Assembly: GCA_048881705.1 (NCBI GenBank)
Contig: JBHLSH010000001.1
Coordinates: 64,001 to 128,000 of the forward strand
DNA length: 64,000 nucleotides
Reading direction: 5' to 3'
DNA from: Candidatus Heimdallarchaeota archaeon
Lineage (GTDB): Archaea; Asgardarchaeota; Heimdallarchaeia; Hodarchaeales; Hodarchaeaceae
The translations under genes were made by a program, and so were the position numbers. Every line of letters begins with the position of its first letter. Position 1 is the first letter of the stretch. The notes under the pieces were generated by a model that did not search any database, was not told the origin of the DNA, and worked only from the letters and a program-made list of their open reading frames with translations. This document shows positions 48,579-58,359 of this stretch, piece by piece.

Positions 48579-49067
48579 TTAACGGCTTTTGGGCTGGGAA
48601 TCTTTTAGGTGCTTTTTTTGGTTCATAAGAAATTCATGAGACTCGTTTAGGACACGCAAGTACCCATCAAACTTCAGCAGGGCTTGGGCCTCGTCATAGG
48701 TTGCCCAGTGTAAATCTGAATGTTCCGCAGAGAGTACAACTTTTTTAGAACTGAAGTGGACAAGAAAAAAGACCACTTTCTTAACGATAGTCTTCTTTCC
48801 ACGTTGAGGAAAGTAAATGGAATCACTGATGAGCCGTTTGACAATTTGGAATTGCGATTGTCCAGTCTCTTCCCGAATTTCCCGGATTGCTGTCTGTTCG
48901 TAAGATTCCCCTTCGATTTGGCGTCCTTTAGGGAAAGCCCAATAGGGATATGGACCATTATGTAAAACCAATAAGTATAACGGTTCTTCATCCTTTTTAA
49001 GATAAAAAGGAACCCCTCCACAAGAAATTTCATCAAACGCAGACGAGGAATCCGCTATGGTAGTCAT
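48579..49067 (-). CDS. Nudix hydrolase (Ap4A hydrolase-like)
   Basis: SCGGV, WAFPKGRQIEGESYEQTAIREIREETG (Nudix box), SAEHSDLHW. Confidence 0.92.
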   Translation of the reverse strand: MTTIADSSSAFDEISCGGVPFYLKKDEEPLYLLVLHNGPYPYWAFPKGRQIEGESYEQTAIREIREETGQSQFQIVKRLISDSIYFPQRGKKTIVKKVVFFLVHFSSKKVVLSAEHSDLHWATYDEAQALLKFDGYLRVLNESHEFLMNQKKHLKDSQPKSR

Positions 49068-49078
49068 ATTAAACCCAA

Positions 49079-50038
49079 GTGTTTAGGATCCGAGTATATT
49101 TAAAAAGCGAACCAAGTAACACGGACTTACAAGGAGGTCTTATTGTGGAGACAAGCGATCCCAAAAGATACCGAATTATCGTGAAAAAGGAAAATCCGGA
49201 CACTGATATATATAATGAGGAAGGGATGTTATACTTCCAGAAGAAGGATCTGTTATTTAGTCCTAGTTCTATGGATCCCTTGAAAGAACGTGTGTATCAA
49301 TTTGGGGACTTGATCGATGTTCAAATTGGTTCCGTTCGTGACGGACTGAGACGAAAGAAGGTTGCTGTGCTTCAATTCGCCAAGAAAAGTGCAAGGGTAG
49401 CCGTATATCTTGAACCAATTGATATAACACCCGAATACCTCCTCCAAGAAATAAAACAGCATCAGGACGATATTAGTAAAGGTTCTTTACCGGGGATTGT
49501 AGGTACACTAATAGAAAAAATAGGAAAGGAAGGCCAAAAGATTGTACGAGAAGTAGGGGCCGTACTAGAATCAACGTCTCGGGAACTAACGCAACTTACC
49601 CAGGCAACGGCGCAATTCATCAAGGAGTCAACTCAAGCGGCAAATCTTTTGGATAGTGAATCGGAATGGAGCGGTACAGATACCAGTAACCTTGATCTTT
49701 CGGAAATTGATGAGATTCTAAAACGATCTTTATCATCGGGCAAACTTGATGCCATAATATCGGGGCTCATGGCCAAGGCATTACTATCCGCCAAAGATCA
49801 GCGGTATAAAGAGGCTCGAGATGCCCTTAAGATTGCACGGGACGCCGCCGAGAGCGCTAAATTAAATGAATACACAGAGCTAGTCGAGGAGAACTTGAAA
49901 GAGGTCGACTCAGCTGAAGCCACTGAGAAGTTTAATCCGCATTTGGATAAAAAAGCTCTGAAATACGCTAGTGAGGCTCGTGAAATTGTGGCAGATTGGG
50001 AATCAACAGCGGAAAAGACTGAAAAAGATCCCATATAG
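49079..50038 (+). CDS. Hypothetical protein (beta-rich N-terminus, helical C-terminus)
   Basis: 319-aa ORF with protein-like composition; C-terminal TPR/MIT-like helical hairpin. Confidence 0.75.
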   Translation: MFRIRVYLKSEPSNTDLQGGLIVETSDPKRYRIIVKKENPDTDIYNEEGMLYFQKKDLLFSPSSMDPLKERVYQFGDLIDVQIGSVRDGLRRKKVAVLQFAKKSARVAVYLEPIDITPEYLLQEIKQHQDDISKGSLPGIVGTLIEKIGKEGQKIVREVGAVLESTSRELTQLTQATAQFIKESTQAANLLDSESEWSGTDTSNLDLSEIDEILKRSLSSGKLDAIISGLMAKALLSAKDQRYKEARDALKIARDAAESAKLNEYTELVEENLKEVDSAEATEKFNPHLDKKALKYASEAREIVADWESTAEKTEKDPI

Positions 50039-51113
50039 TGCAATTCTTGTCATTTGCATTGTGGGTGCGTTGACTGTTCAATTAAGAGCGAATGGTCTTA
50101 TAAATCCCAATAAGCCTAAAATACAGCATATCTTTTCCGATGATTTCAAGTTTAATCAATCCAAGGCATTTGAACTTGTCAAAAAACAAGTAGATTTGGG
50201 ACCTCGTTATCCCGGGTCAACAGGGATTGAGAGGGTTCGACGACTAATTCGGACTGAATTCCTCAATCAACAGGACTGGAGCGTGAATTACCAAAATTTT
50301 TCGAAAATTTGGATTGATAATCGAAATATTACAATCGTTAATGTGATATGCACTCCAAAGGATTTCAATGATTCTGGGGAGCCTTTCATCTTATTGGCTC
50401 ATTATGACACGAGATTATGGGCTGATGCCGATCCTGATCCTCAAAAACGTACACTACCCGTTCCTGGAGCTAATGATGGGGCCTCTGGCGTAGCTGTAGG
50501 CTTGGAGATAGGCCGTGTCCTCGTTAAGTACAACATCACTAATTTTATGCTATTGTTCGTTGATGCGGAAGACCAGGGTAACATTGGAGGATGGGATTGG
50601 ATACTAGGAAGCACCCACTTCGTGGAATCGGAGGAATTCAGTCGATTTGATTTCTCGTTTGGTATCCTCCTTGACATGGTAGGAGCGAAAGGAGCGACAT
50701 TCCTACGAGAAAGAAACTCTGATACACATTCAAAAGACTTGGTTGATACAGTGTGGAGCACCGCGCATGTTTTGGGATATTCCGATTATTTTCTTAATGT
50801 CACGGGACGATCAATTAAGGATGATCACATTCCATTTTTGAACAAGGGAATTCCCGTAATAGATATTATCGATGATTTTTCAATCCGTTATAAATCGTGG
50901 CACACGACATCGGATGATCTGTCTCAAATAAGCCCTGTGACTCTTGGCGTTGTTGGTCAGACCTTGGAAGCGGTGTTAGTCCAAAATCTTAATGCAACAA
51001 GGTTTACTTACCAATCCCCCTTTCTAACGTTCGGTAGTGATATTCTGTTGGGAATGTCCATATTGATTACCCTGTTCAGCCTTAAAAAAGGAAGGAAATC
51101 TGATGAAAAATAA
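49971..51113 (+). CDS. Exported M28-family zinc peptidase/glutaminyl cyclase-like protein with C-terminal membrane anchor
   Basis: LAHYDTR, GANDGASG, DAED, LLDMVG, DDHIPF, WHTTSDD; hydrophobic segments at both termini. Start uncertain. Confidence 0.88.
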   Translation: MRLVKLWQIGNQQRKRLKKIPYSAILVICIVGALTVQLRANGLINPNKPKIQHIFSDDFKFNQSKAFELVKKQVDLGPRYPGSTGIERVRRLIRTEFLNQQDWSVNYQNFSKIWIDNRNITIVNVICTPKDFNDSGEPFILLAHYDTRLWADADPDPQKRTLPVPGANDGASGVAVGLEIGRVLVKYNITNFMLLFVDAEDQGNIGGWDWILGSTHFVESEEFSRFDFSFGILLDMVGAKGATFLRERNSDTHSKDLVDTVWSTAHVLGYSDYFLNVTGRSIKDDHIPFLNKGIPVIDIIDDFSIRYKSWHTTSDDLSQISPVTLGVVGQTLEAVLVQNLNATRFTYQSPFLTFGSDILLGMSILITLFSLKKGRKSDEK

Positions 51114-51316
51114 CCTCTAAAAGATTCTTCTTCCCTATTATAACTCCCATTGGTACCAAAAAGTTTATTTTGATAATAAAAATAAAATGAGGTCTTAATG
51201 TTCATGAAAAAATTCCTTATTCCCTTTTTAAAAGAAGAAAACGCAAAAAAATACCCTTGAGGAAGATTTCCATAAATTTGGAGTTTAAAAGTGAATTATT
51301 CAAATAATACTAGACA

Positions 51317-51958
51317 ATGAAAATCATGAAATCCCGACTGGGCACCTTTCTGCAAAAGAAGAATGAGGAACCCCAGATCAAAGAGCAACAATTGCCAGGT
51401 GACGAGACGTGGAAGAATGACCTAATCTCATTGTATTGCATCCGTAACCACGATGGGCTGTGTCTCTTTGCTCATCATTTTCAGGTTGCCCGAATTGCAC
51501 AGTTGCATGAACCACAGCTAATCGGTATGGGATTCACTGCAATAACCAGAATGCTTTGTGAGGTGGTTGATAGCAAAGGCCACCTAAGATATATTGACTT
51601 CATCACAAAAAAGGTTTTGGTTGAAGAAAACCAGCATCAGCAATTTCTGACCGTCCTTATCACAACGAGGGATACTCCAATCGTTAGGAAAAAACTCCGG
51701 AAGTTTACCGAGTGTTTTGCTCAAATATTCCAGCTTCAGCACCAAATAAATCTCAGGAAAAACTATATCTCAAAGGAGGATTATGCCCTAGCGTCTGAAT
51801 TCGTCGCCATTATATTTTCAAACAAATCAAATCGCGTTCTGAACCTTTTTCCATTGATTTTCGATTCCATACGAACGGAACAGCCAATTGGTGGGGAAGA
51901 AACCAAAATAGTGACATCATCTAATACGACGCCCGTGAATATCAAAAAGAATATTTAA
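51317..51958 (+). CDS. Longin-like domain protein
   Basis: LYCIRNHDGLCLFAHHF...PQLIGMGFTAITRMLCEV...VRKKLRKFTECFAQIF. Confidence 0.65.
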   Translation: MKIMKSRLGTFLQKKNEEPQIKEQQLPGDETWKNDLISLYCIRNHDGLCLFAHHFQVARIAQLHEPQLIGMGFTAITRMLCEVVDSKGHLRYIDFITKKVLVEENQHQQFLTVLITTRDTPIVRKKLRKFTECFAQIFQLQHQINLRKNYISKEDYALASEFVAIIFSNKSNRVLNLFPLIFDSIRTEQPIGGEETKIVTSSNTTPVNIKKNI

Positions 51959-52209
51959 ATGGGGAGAAAGGTGTGGCCCAACTGTACAAAAAGGATGAGA
52001 ACCTTTTCTAGTGCAAAAAGAATAGATGTCATTTTCGACACTAGTTAAATAGATAATAGCCATTAAGTATTTATCAGAAACCCTATTTTTCCTGCATTAA
52101 AGAAGAACAGTGGAAATGGTGACATTTCCCCTAAAACACAGATGAAAAGCAGTATAATCTCTGATAAACAATGTAGCGTGCTAGGTATTCACTTGATGAA
52201 GGTTAAAAC

Positions 52210-52671
52210 ATGAATGCATCAAAGGAAAAAAATGATGGTATCACATTTCGTCCTCTAACCACAGCAGATATTGATGCCATGATCAAGGTTGATGAAAAAA
52301 TCGTCCAAAGAGCGCGATCGTCACTCTTTCGAGAAAAGTTGGAGGAACAGATTTCTAAGTACGGTGATGAATCAATGGGAGCGTTCAAGGGTAATCTGCT
52401 CATTGGTTACATTCTGGCGGAAACAAAGGTATATATCTATGGATCTGACGATCTTAGTGCTTGGATCACTCTTTTAGGGGTAGATCCCGACTACCAAGAC
52501 CGTGGAATAGGAACGGCTTTAACCCGAAGGATGATAGAATATTTTATTCAGAAAGGAGTCAAACAGATCAGAACAATCGCATATTGGAGCTGGGGAGATC
52601 TGGTGGAATTCTTTAATTCTGTTGGATTTAAGCTATCAGATTATCTTACCTTAGAGCTGAACATTGGATAA
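52210..52671 (+). CDS. GNAT-family N-acetyltransferase
   Basis: FRPLTTADIDAM, AWITLLGVDPDYQDRGIGTAL (acetyl-CoA motif A), FFNSVGF. Confidence 0.9.
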   Translation: MNASKEKNDGITFRPLTTADIDAMIKVDEKIVQRARSSLFREKLEEQISKYGDESMGAFKGNLLIGYILAETKVYIYGSDDLSAWITLLGVDPDYQDRGIGTALTRRMIEYFIQKGVKQIRTIAYWSWGDLVEFFNSVGFKLSDYLTLELNIG

Positions 52672-52873
52672 ACTAGCTAGGATAGAAACGAACATGGAAG
52701 AATTTAATCCACGACAGAGCAAATTTGAAGTATTCGGGGAAGAAATGCTGGAAAAAGTAGTAAAAAAGAGCGGAAATAGTGGCCGTGTTTATCTACCTCC
52801 CCATTGGATTGGGTGCCGTGTAAAAATAATTAGAATGGATCCGATTACTAGACAACGCGGATCAGAAGATTGA
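52664..52873 (+). CDS. DUF2080-like small AbrB/SpoVT-type protein
   Basis: FEVFGEEMLEKVVKKSGNSGRVYLPPHWIGCRVKII; overlaps or abuts the GNAT stop (alternative ATG 52694). Confidence 0.75.
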   Translation: MDKLARIETNMEEFNPRQSKFEVFGEEMLEKVVKKSGNSGRVYLPPHWIGCRVKIIRMDPITRQRGSED

Positions 52874-52904
52874 AATCTTGCTATTGAGATGAATTAGTGT
52901 CTGA

Positions 52905-54164
52905 TTAGGATTTTTCTGAGTCAGGTGGCTGCGGCTTCAGTTTGATTTTTTTCTTTTGAAGCAAGGCGGTTGCGTTGTCCCGTAGTTCTGAAACCATGAT
53001 TCCTGCTTCACGATATAGAACATTGATATCTTCCAGATCGAAAAACAGATCATCAGCGAGCCATTTATGTTTTCGGAATTCGTATAACGAAATACTGGCA
53101 ATTTGGGACTCAACTGATGGGATCTGCCGCTGTATTGTTTCAGAAAGTTTCTTCTTGGAGATCGATCGCAGCTGTTGAAAAGTCTCCTCGATAAATACTT
53201 TACACGCGAGGAGATTCATCCTGATTTTGGCCAATTCCTCCTTGCAGTTAGCAAGAATAGGCGCCTTAATCTCCATCACCTTCTTTGCTATGAGTTCATT
53301 ATCTACATTGAACAAATAATCTTGGAGATACTGGATTAGTAAAGGCCTGTCATCTTTCGCTGCGCTCTCCACCTCAGACAGGATAAGGTTGACAGGCAAT
53401 TTTACCAGTGCAGCAATAACCTTGCTTTGGACATCTACATCACTATCCTTAGATGCACTCAGAAGAGGGAGAACGCTGTCACCATCTTGTATTTTACCAA
53501 GGGCTTCTGCGGCATTAGCACGAGTCTCTTTGTCTGGGTCTCGCAGTCTTGAAATTAATACTGGAGTGGCCTGAGAGTTTTTAAGCTCTCCAAGGCTCCA
53601 AACCATGGCACGCTTTGCGTATTCATCCTTTTCGTTGTTTAATGCGCTTATAAGGGGATCTACCGATTGTTTCAATTGAAGAATGCCTAAAGTTCGGGCA
53701 GCATTCTCACGAATTTCTGATGTTTCTTGATCTTGTAGTACATTTATCAAATCTGGCCCCGCTTCAGAGGCGGCAGCACCCATTACTCCCAGCTGCTTTG
53801 CAACCATGGCACGAAAGTCAGGATCTTGATCACTTCTTAGGTAATTGACTAATGGTCTAACCGAACTAGGATTAGCAATTTCGCCAAGGGCTTCGACCGC
53901 GCCAAATCTCACTGTCCAAAAATCTATCGAAGGATCGAGCGCGTTGAGGATTTTAGGGATAGCCATTTGTGGATTGTTCTTTCCAAGAATTATGAGTTGA
54001 TGTATCGCAGATGACCGTATTAAGAGTTGTTGACTCTCCAATGCTCTAAGCATCACATCACAAAGTGCATCATCTGGCAATTCCTGATCATCCGGGATCT
54101 GCATTATTCTACGCAAGGCAGGATCCATTGTACCTTTGTCATCTGGATTCATTATCCTAACCAC
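52905..54164 (-). CDS. HEAT-repeat (PBS lyase-like) protein
   Basis: Repeats of the form VRFGAVEALGEI, FRAMVAKQLGVM, IRENAARTLGIL, AKRAMVWSLGEL, TRANAAEALGKI. Confidence 0.9.
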   Translation of the reverse strand: MVRIMNPDDKGTMDPALRRIMQIPDDQELPDDALCDVMLRALESQQLLIRSSAIHQLIILGKNNPQMAIPKILNALDPSIDFWTVRFGAVEALGEIANPSSVRPLVNYLRSDQDPDFRAMVAKQLGVMGAAASEAGPDLINVLQDQETSEIRENAARTLGILQLKQSVDPLISALNNEKDEYAKRAMVWSLGELKNSQATPVLISRLRDPDKETRANAAEALGKIQDGDSVLPLLSASKDSDVDVQSKVIAALVKLPVNLILSEVESAAKDDRPLLIQYLQDYLFNVDNELIAKKVMEIKAPILANCKEELAKIRMNLLACKVFIEETFQQLRSISKKKLSETIQRQIPSVESQIASISLYEFRKHKWLADDLFFDLEDINVLYREAGIMVSELRDNATALLQKKKIKLKPQPPDSEKS

Positions 54165-54290
54165 ATAGCTCTGTTCTGTTTCGTAATCTGAGGAAATTTT
54201 ATCTAATTAGATAAGATACGTTCATCCTTGCCTTAACGTAAAATCAGGCCAAAAAACCAGCGAAACTACTTCATAAGTTAAACTCCATAA

Positions 54291-54782
54291 TTACCCAATA
54301 CGGATCTCTACTGTCTGTTGTTTTGTACGGATTCTAGAAGAGAGAAACCGACCTTCCGCAGAGGATAGTTCCAGCATCAGCGGATTATTGGACCAGGAAC
54401 AACGAATGGAGGCTCCCTCAAAGGAACGGTCTGAAAATTCGGGGTTACCCCTCATAGTTTGGGGATTCTGAAATTCAAGTGAACCGCCTTCCCCTTTTTT
54501 GATTTTGAGATGAAAAACTGATAATGCGATTCCCCTACGCATCATAGAAGAAACATTCTCCTCAATTTCAATCGATTTATTATCGGAATGCCACGAAATT
54601 CGAGCCCGAATCCGACGTGGCTCAGGCTGTTCTATACTGATGAATTTCATCCCCGTGATAAAGAAACCAGTCCGATCTCGTCCACCATCATCATCTTTGA
54701 GGCCCTTCACATTCAGATGACTTTCATTTGGTTCTATGATTGGATAAATTTCGATTTTCTTTACTTCATCGATTTGAGTCAT
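54291..54782 (-). CDS. Hypothetical beta-rich protein
   Basis: 163-aa ORF directly downstream of the aminotransferase on the same strand, SD-like GGAGG upstream. Confidence 0.65.
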   Translation of the reverse strand: MTQIDEVKKIEIYPIIEPNESHLNVKGLKDDDGGRDRTGFFITGMKFISIEQPEPRRIRARISWHSDNKSIEIEENVSSMMRRGIALSVFHLKIKKGEGGSLEFQNPQTMRGNPEFSDRSFEGASIRCSWSNNPLMLELSSAEGRFLSSRIRTKQQTVEIRIG

Positions 54783-54797
54783 TTAAGACCTCCACTA

Positions 54798-55979
54798 TCA
54801 TTTAATTTTCTGAACAAAGGCTTCAACATGATCCAACGCTTCTTCCATTATTTCAATACGAGGGAGTACGACTGATCGGAAATGCTTTACACCCAATTCT
54901 CCGAAACCACTCCCAAAGACGAAAAGAACCCCAGTAGAACGAAGAAGTTCCAGGACAAACTTTTGATCATTAATATCTTTTTCAATTCTCGGAAATGCAT
55001 AAAATGCACCTTTAGGGGGAGATACAGAAAGGCCGTCGATGTCATTAATCCTTTTTGTGAAATAATCTGATCTTTGTTTAATTTTCTCTATAAAGCCAGG
55101 AATATGGCTCATTTCCCGATTTAGAACCTTACTAACCGCTACTTGCATCGGTGTGCTCGCACAAAGCCTAATTCTCGATTGTTTTGCCAGCAATTCCCAA
55201 AATTCCTCGAATTGAGCTTGATCATCCCGTAGGGTCATCCAACCCAGCCGCCATCCGGGTGATAGAAGGGTTTTTGAAATACCATTCAATTCAAGGACGG
55301 GAATCTCGGTCAAAGACGCTACAGAGCGAAACGAGTTGTCAAATGTGAGAAGATCATAAATCTCATCTGATAAAATTAATAAATTGTGTTCTCCAGCTAA
55401 ATCGGCCATCTGTTTAATGACCTTAGAGGAATAGACCGCGCCCGTAGGGTTATTTGGATTGATAATAAGAATAGCTTGAGTTTTTTCATTTATTTTCTTA
55501 GCAATATCATCCACATCGGGTTGCCATCCTTCAATTTCTCGTGTATAGTATTGGATTGGCACAACATTGTAGAAACGAAAATAGGATAAGTACGAGGGAT
55601 ACAGAGGGGAGGGGACCAATACTTCTGTTCCAGGTGCCAAACTGGCAGCAACAAATGAAATCGCTTCAGACACTCCTGTGGTCACTAGCACGTGGTCGGT
55701 GTCTAATGACGTCCCCCAGAGTCGTTTTTGTCGCAAGACGATTTCCTGTCTCAATCTAGGATCTCCCGCAGAGTCACTATAGTAATTTGCATTATCTTCC
55801 TGAACTGCGCGAACTAGAGCCTCTTTCAAGAAATCAGGGGTATCAAAGTCAAATTTGTTCGGATCGCCAATATTGAAATAGTATAACTTTATGCCTGATT
55901 GTCTCTCAACCTGTTTAGCAGAAATCACAATATCCCGAATCGCATACTTAATATTGGAAGCATTAGGTGAGAGTTTCAA
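54798..55979 (-). CDS. PLP-dependent aminotransferase class I (alanine aminotransferase AlaA-like)
   Basis: YAIRDIV, FNIGDP, TTGVSEA, INPNNPTGAVY, SDEIYD, NGISKTLLSPGWRLG. Confidence 0.9.
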   Translation of the reverse strand: MKLSPNASNIKYAIRDIVISAKQVERQSGIKLYYFNIGDPNKFDFDTPDFLKEALVRAVQEDNANYYSDSAGDPRLRQEIVLRQKRLWGTSLDTDHVLVTTGVSEAISFVAASLAPGTEVLVPSPLYPSYLSYFRFYNVVPIQYYTREIEGWQPDVDDIAKKINEKTQAILIINPNNPTGAVYSSKVIKQMADLAGEHNLLILSDEIYDLLTFDNSFRSVASLTEIPVLELNGISKTLLSPGWRLGWMTLRDDQAQFEEFWELLAKQSRIRLCASTPMQVAVSKVLNREMSHIPGFIEKIKQRSDYFTKRINDIDGLSVSPPKGAFYAFPRIEKDINDQKFVLELLRSTGVLFVFGSGFGELGVKHFRSVVLPRIEIMEEALDHVEAFVQKIK

Positions 55980-56189
55980 GAAAAGATCTTCCTGAATTGG
56001 TTATTAGAGAAAGAATACGTCGTACGTTCTCGTTCTGAAAATTTAGGCTTCTTTCTTAAAAATTTAGTCTAAATAGATAAAACAACTTTGACAGCATTGC
56101 CGGTTTTTTTAGCCATAAATACAAAACAATTTTTAGGAGAGCCTCAGAAATCATAGAAATGTCTATTCTTATTGAAAAAGGTGTAAAGT

Positions 56190-56882
56190 TTGGCAGCAAC
56201 AGATGTCGCATCTTTATCTGTTCTCATCTCCTCTCTAGTTGACCTCGGCGCAAAAATTTGCGTTCTTTCGGATATAAACGGATTACCAATCGTTACCCGC
56301 TCACGTATTGAGACCGAAGATGCGGAAATCGCTCTCAGCGCGTTGAGCAGCCTCGTGGTCTCAACAGGGGATACTATTGCTCGAGAATTGGATGGGAGTT
56401 TTGTCAATATGACTGTAAGAACATCTGGTGGTCTTTTGCTATCTAGCGTTATCGATGCAGACCCAAAAGTTATGTTGACGGCCATAGTCGATGAGAATCT
56501 TGAGACCACAATTATTCACGAGATGCAGCGCCTTCATCCAATTATCTCCAATGCCATTGAAGGAATTGCCATCGAAATCAAGGAGAGGGAAAAGTTGCAA
56601 CGTCCTGATGAGAGAAAGATTAATGCTTTTTTCGAATCTTTTACTGATAAGATCGAACAGGCGAACCAACCAGCCATTCTAGCAGGCATCATTCGGGCTC
56701 AGAAGGAAAACTTGTTCACATTGGTGAATTCGGGGACAATCTCTTATGAAATGAATAGATTCGCCCTAAAATTAGAAAAATTGGTTCGTAACAAACAAAT
56801 TGATCCCGAAAGTGTCTTAAATATCAAGCAGGCTATTAAAATGGCTATTAATGATTGGAAAAAACGACTAATGCCTGAATGA
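56190..56882 (+). CDS. Roadblock/LC7 domain protein with C-terminal helical domain
   Basis: GAKICVLSDINGLPIV...ALSALSSLVVSTGDTIARELDG...; four-helix C-terminus. Confidence 0.8.
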   Translation: MAATDVASLSVLISSLVDLGAKICVLSDINGLPIVTRSRIETEDAEIALSALSSLVVSTGDTIARELDGSFVNMTVRTSGGLLLSSVIDADPKVMLTAIVDENLETTIIHEMQRLHPIISNAIEGIAIEIKEREKLQRPDERKINAFFESFTDKIEQANQPAILAGIIRAQKENLFTLVNSGTISYEMNRFALKLEKLVRNKQIDPESVLNIKQAIKMAINDWKKRLMPE

Positions 56883-57564
56883 TCTTCAAGATCATGTAAA
56901 AGAAAAAAAAAGCGTAAAAATCTGTGAATCACACGATTTTTGTTATGAGCCCTGAGTATTGAAAGCCACTTTTTGATTCACTTCTAGACCATTCGAATGT
57001 CTGGGGAAGTCAACTATTTACATATCAAGGTACGCAACACTTCATCAACTCGTCTCAACCAAGCTAGCGCGGTGAAACGTAAGTGGGAAGTCGATGAACA
57101 GAACAGTATGTACGGCTCTATTTTCGCAAAAAACCGGATGTTTTATATCTAAAAGCTTATATAATTCTGGTGAATAAAACTATACACGGAAAGGAAAGGC
57201 TTAATGCCTGGAATCTAGTATGATTACTGCACCAGCCTTTTCTTTCACCTTTTCTCCATTTTTCATCGGAAAAGGGGACGAGTGAGGCGGTATAGGCCAA
57301 TAAGAAGTGAAAGGATTTAATATCACCATTTACATTCAGATAGCTTTCGCTCCCGAAGTTTACGGATGGCCTATAACGGGCCATTGAATATAGGAACACC
57401 GCTAGAATTAGATCTAGAACATAGAACATATTCTTGTCTAAAAACCTAAACTGAACCTTTCTGCTCTCCCCTGGACATTAACCTCCCATAAAGGTATGAA
57501 GATATTATAGATTGCCCAATTAAAACAGAATATGGAAATATATGCAGTTTATTCTTTTTTATCA

Positions 57565-58281
57565 TTATTTTGCGGAAAATCCTTGGACAAAGTTCATTAT
57601 CGTATCTGCATTACCTGGTGGTTCAATCTGGGTGGCGCAATTTGGACAAATTGAGTAATCCAAACTTGTTGATTTACCCCAATAAGAGATTTTGTAGGAA
57701 CCCTGCCAATAGGTACCCCCGCAATCACATTCTAAATCCGAATTTTCTGTAAAACTTGTTTCCATCTGTCGTATTTGGCTAATGGCCTTCCTCATGTAAA
57801 TCGTGGGGTTTCCAATGCGATGTAGTGGTTCAGCCTCAAATCTAGTCTCTAAAAAGGTTATTTTTGTTACTTCAGGGTATTTGGGCTCAAAATTTTCCTG
57901 GAGTAAAGTTGGAGCTAAAATTCCAGTTGAAACAAAAATGAAATGGATATTTTTTAGTCCTGCAGCCTGAATTCCATCCAAACCTTCCTTTAAAGACATG
58001 TCTCCAGGAAAATGGGCAATTAGTTCATCGGATTCCACCGATTTTACTAGGGTCACCCTGCTTTCGGAATCTAAGGTAAGAATATCAGCTACTACTCCAT
58101 CGATAAGTGGCAATAACGATTTTATATCGCTCCGCCCAGCTAAAGGCCCAGAAGTCCGCGATAACACATGGTGTGCTATCCTATGGCCATTGGATTTCAA
58201 CCAATCAATAATAATGCGTAGATACAAGAATCGCTTGTGATCCTCGGGCGAAATTCGGGAACCATTCATCCTCTTTGTCAC
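57565..58281 (-). CDS. Hypothetical protein with C-terminal zinc ribbon
   Basis: CDCGG...CPNCA near the C-terminus. Confidence 0.7.
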   Translation of the reverse strand: MTKRMNGSRISPEDHKRFLYLRIIIDWLKSNGHRIAHHVLSRTSGPLAGRSDIKSLLPLIDGVVADILTLDSESRVTLVKSVESDELIAHFPGDMSLKEGLDGIQAAGLKNIHFIFVSTGILAPTLLQENFEPKYPEVTKITFLETRFEAEPLHRIGNPTIYMRKAISQIRQMETSFTENSDLECDCGGTYWQGSYKISYWGKSTSLDYSICPNCATQIEPPGNADTIMNFVQGFSAK

Positions 58282-58359
58282 CTTCTGTACCTTTAAAGAA
58301 CGTTAAGAAGATTAATGGGATCCATATTAATATTGGTTTGTGTTTCAAATTGAAACCGG

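Noticed and set aside
52664-52873. DUF2080 gene as the sign of an IS element
   Set aside because: No transposase, TnpB or terminal inverted repeats nearby.
57157-57429. 90-aa ORF (and a 51-aa ORF from 56997) in the 56883-57564 gap
   Set aside because: No recognisable motif or clear SD, and atypical composition; cannot be supported as genes.
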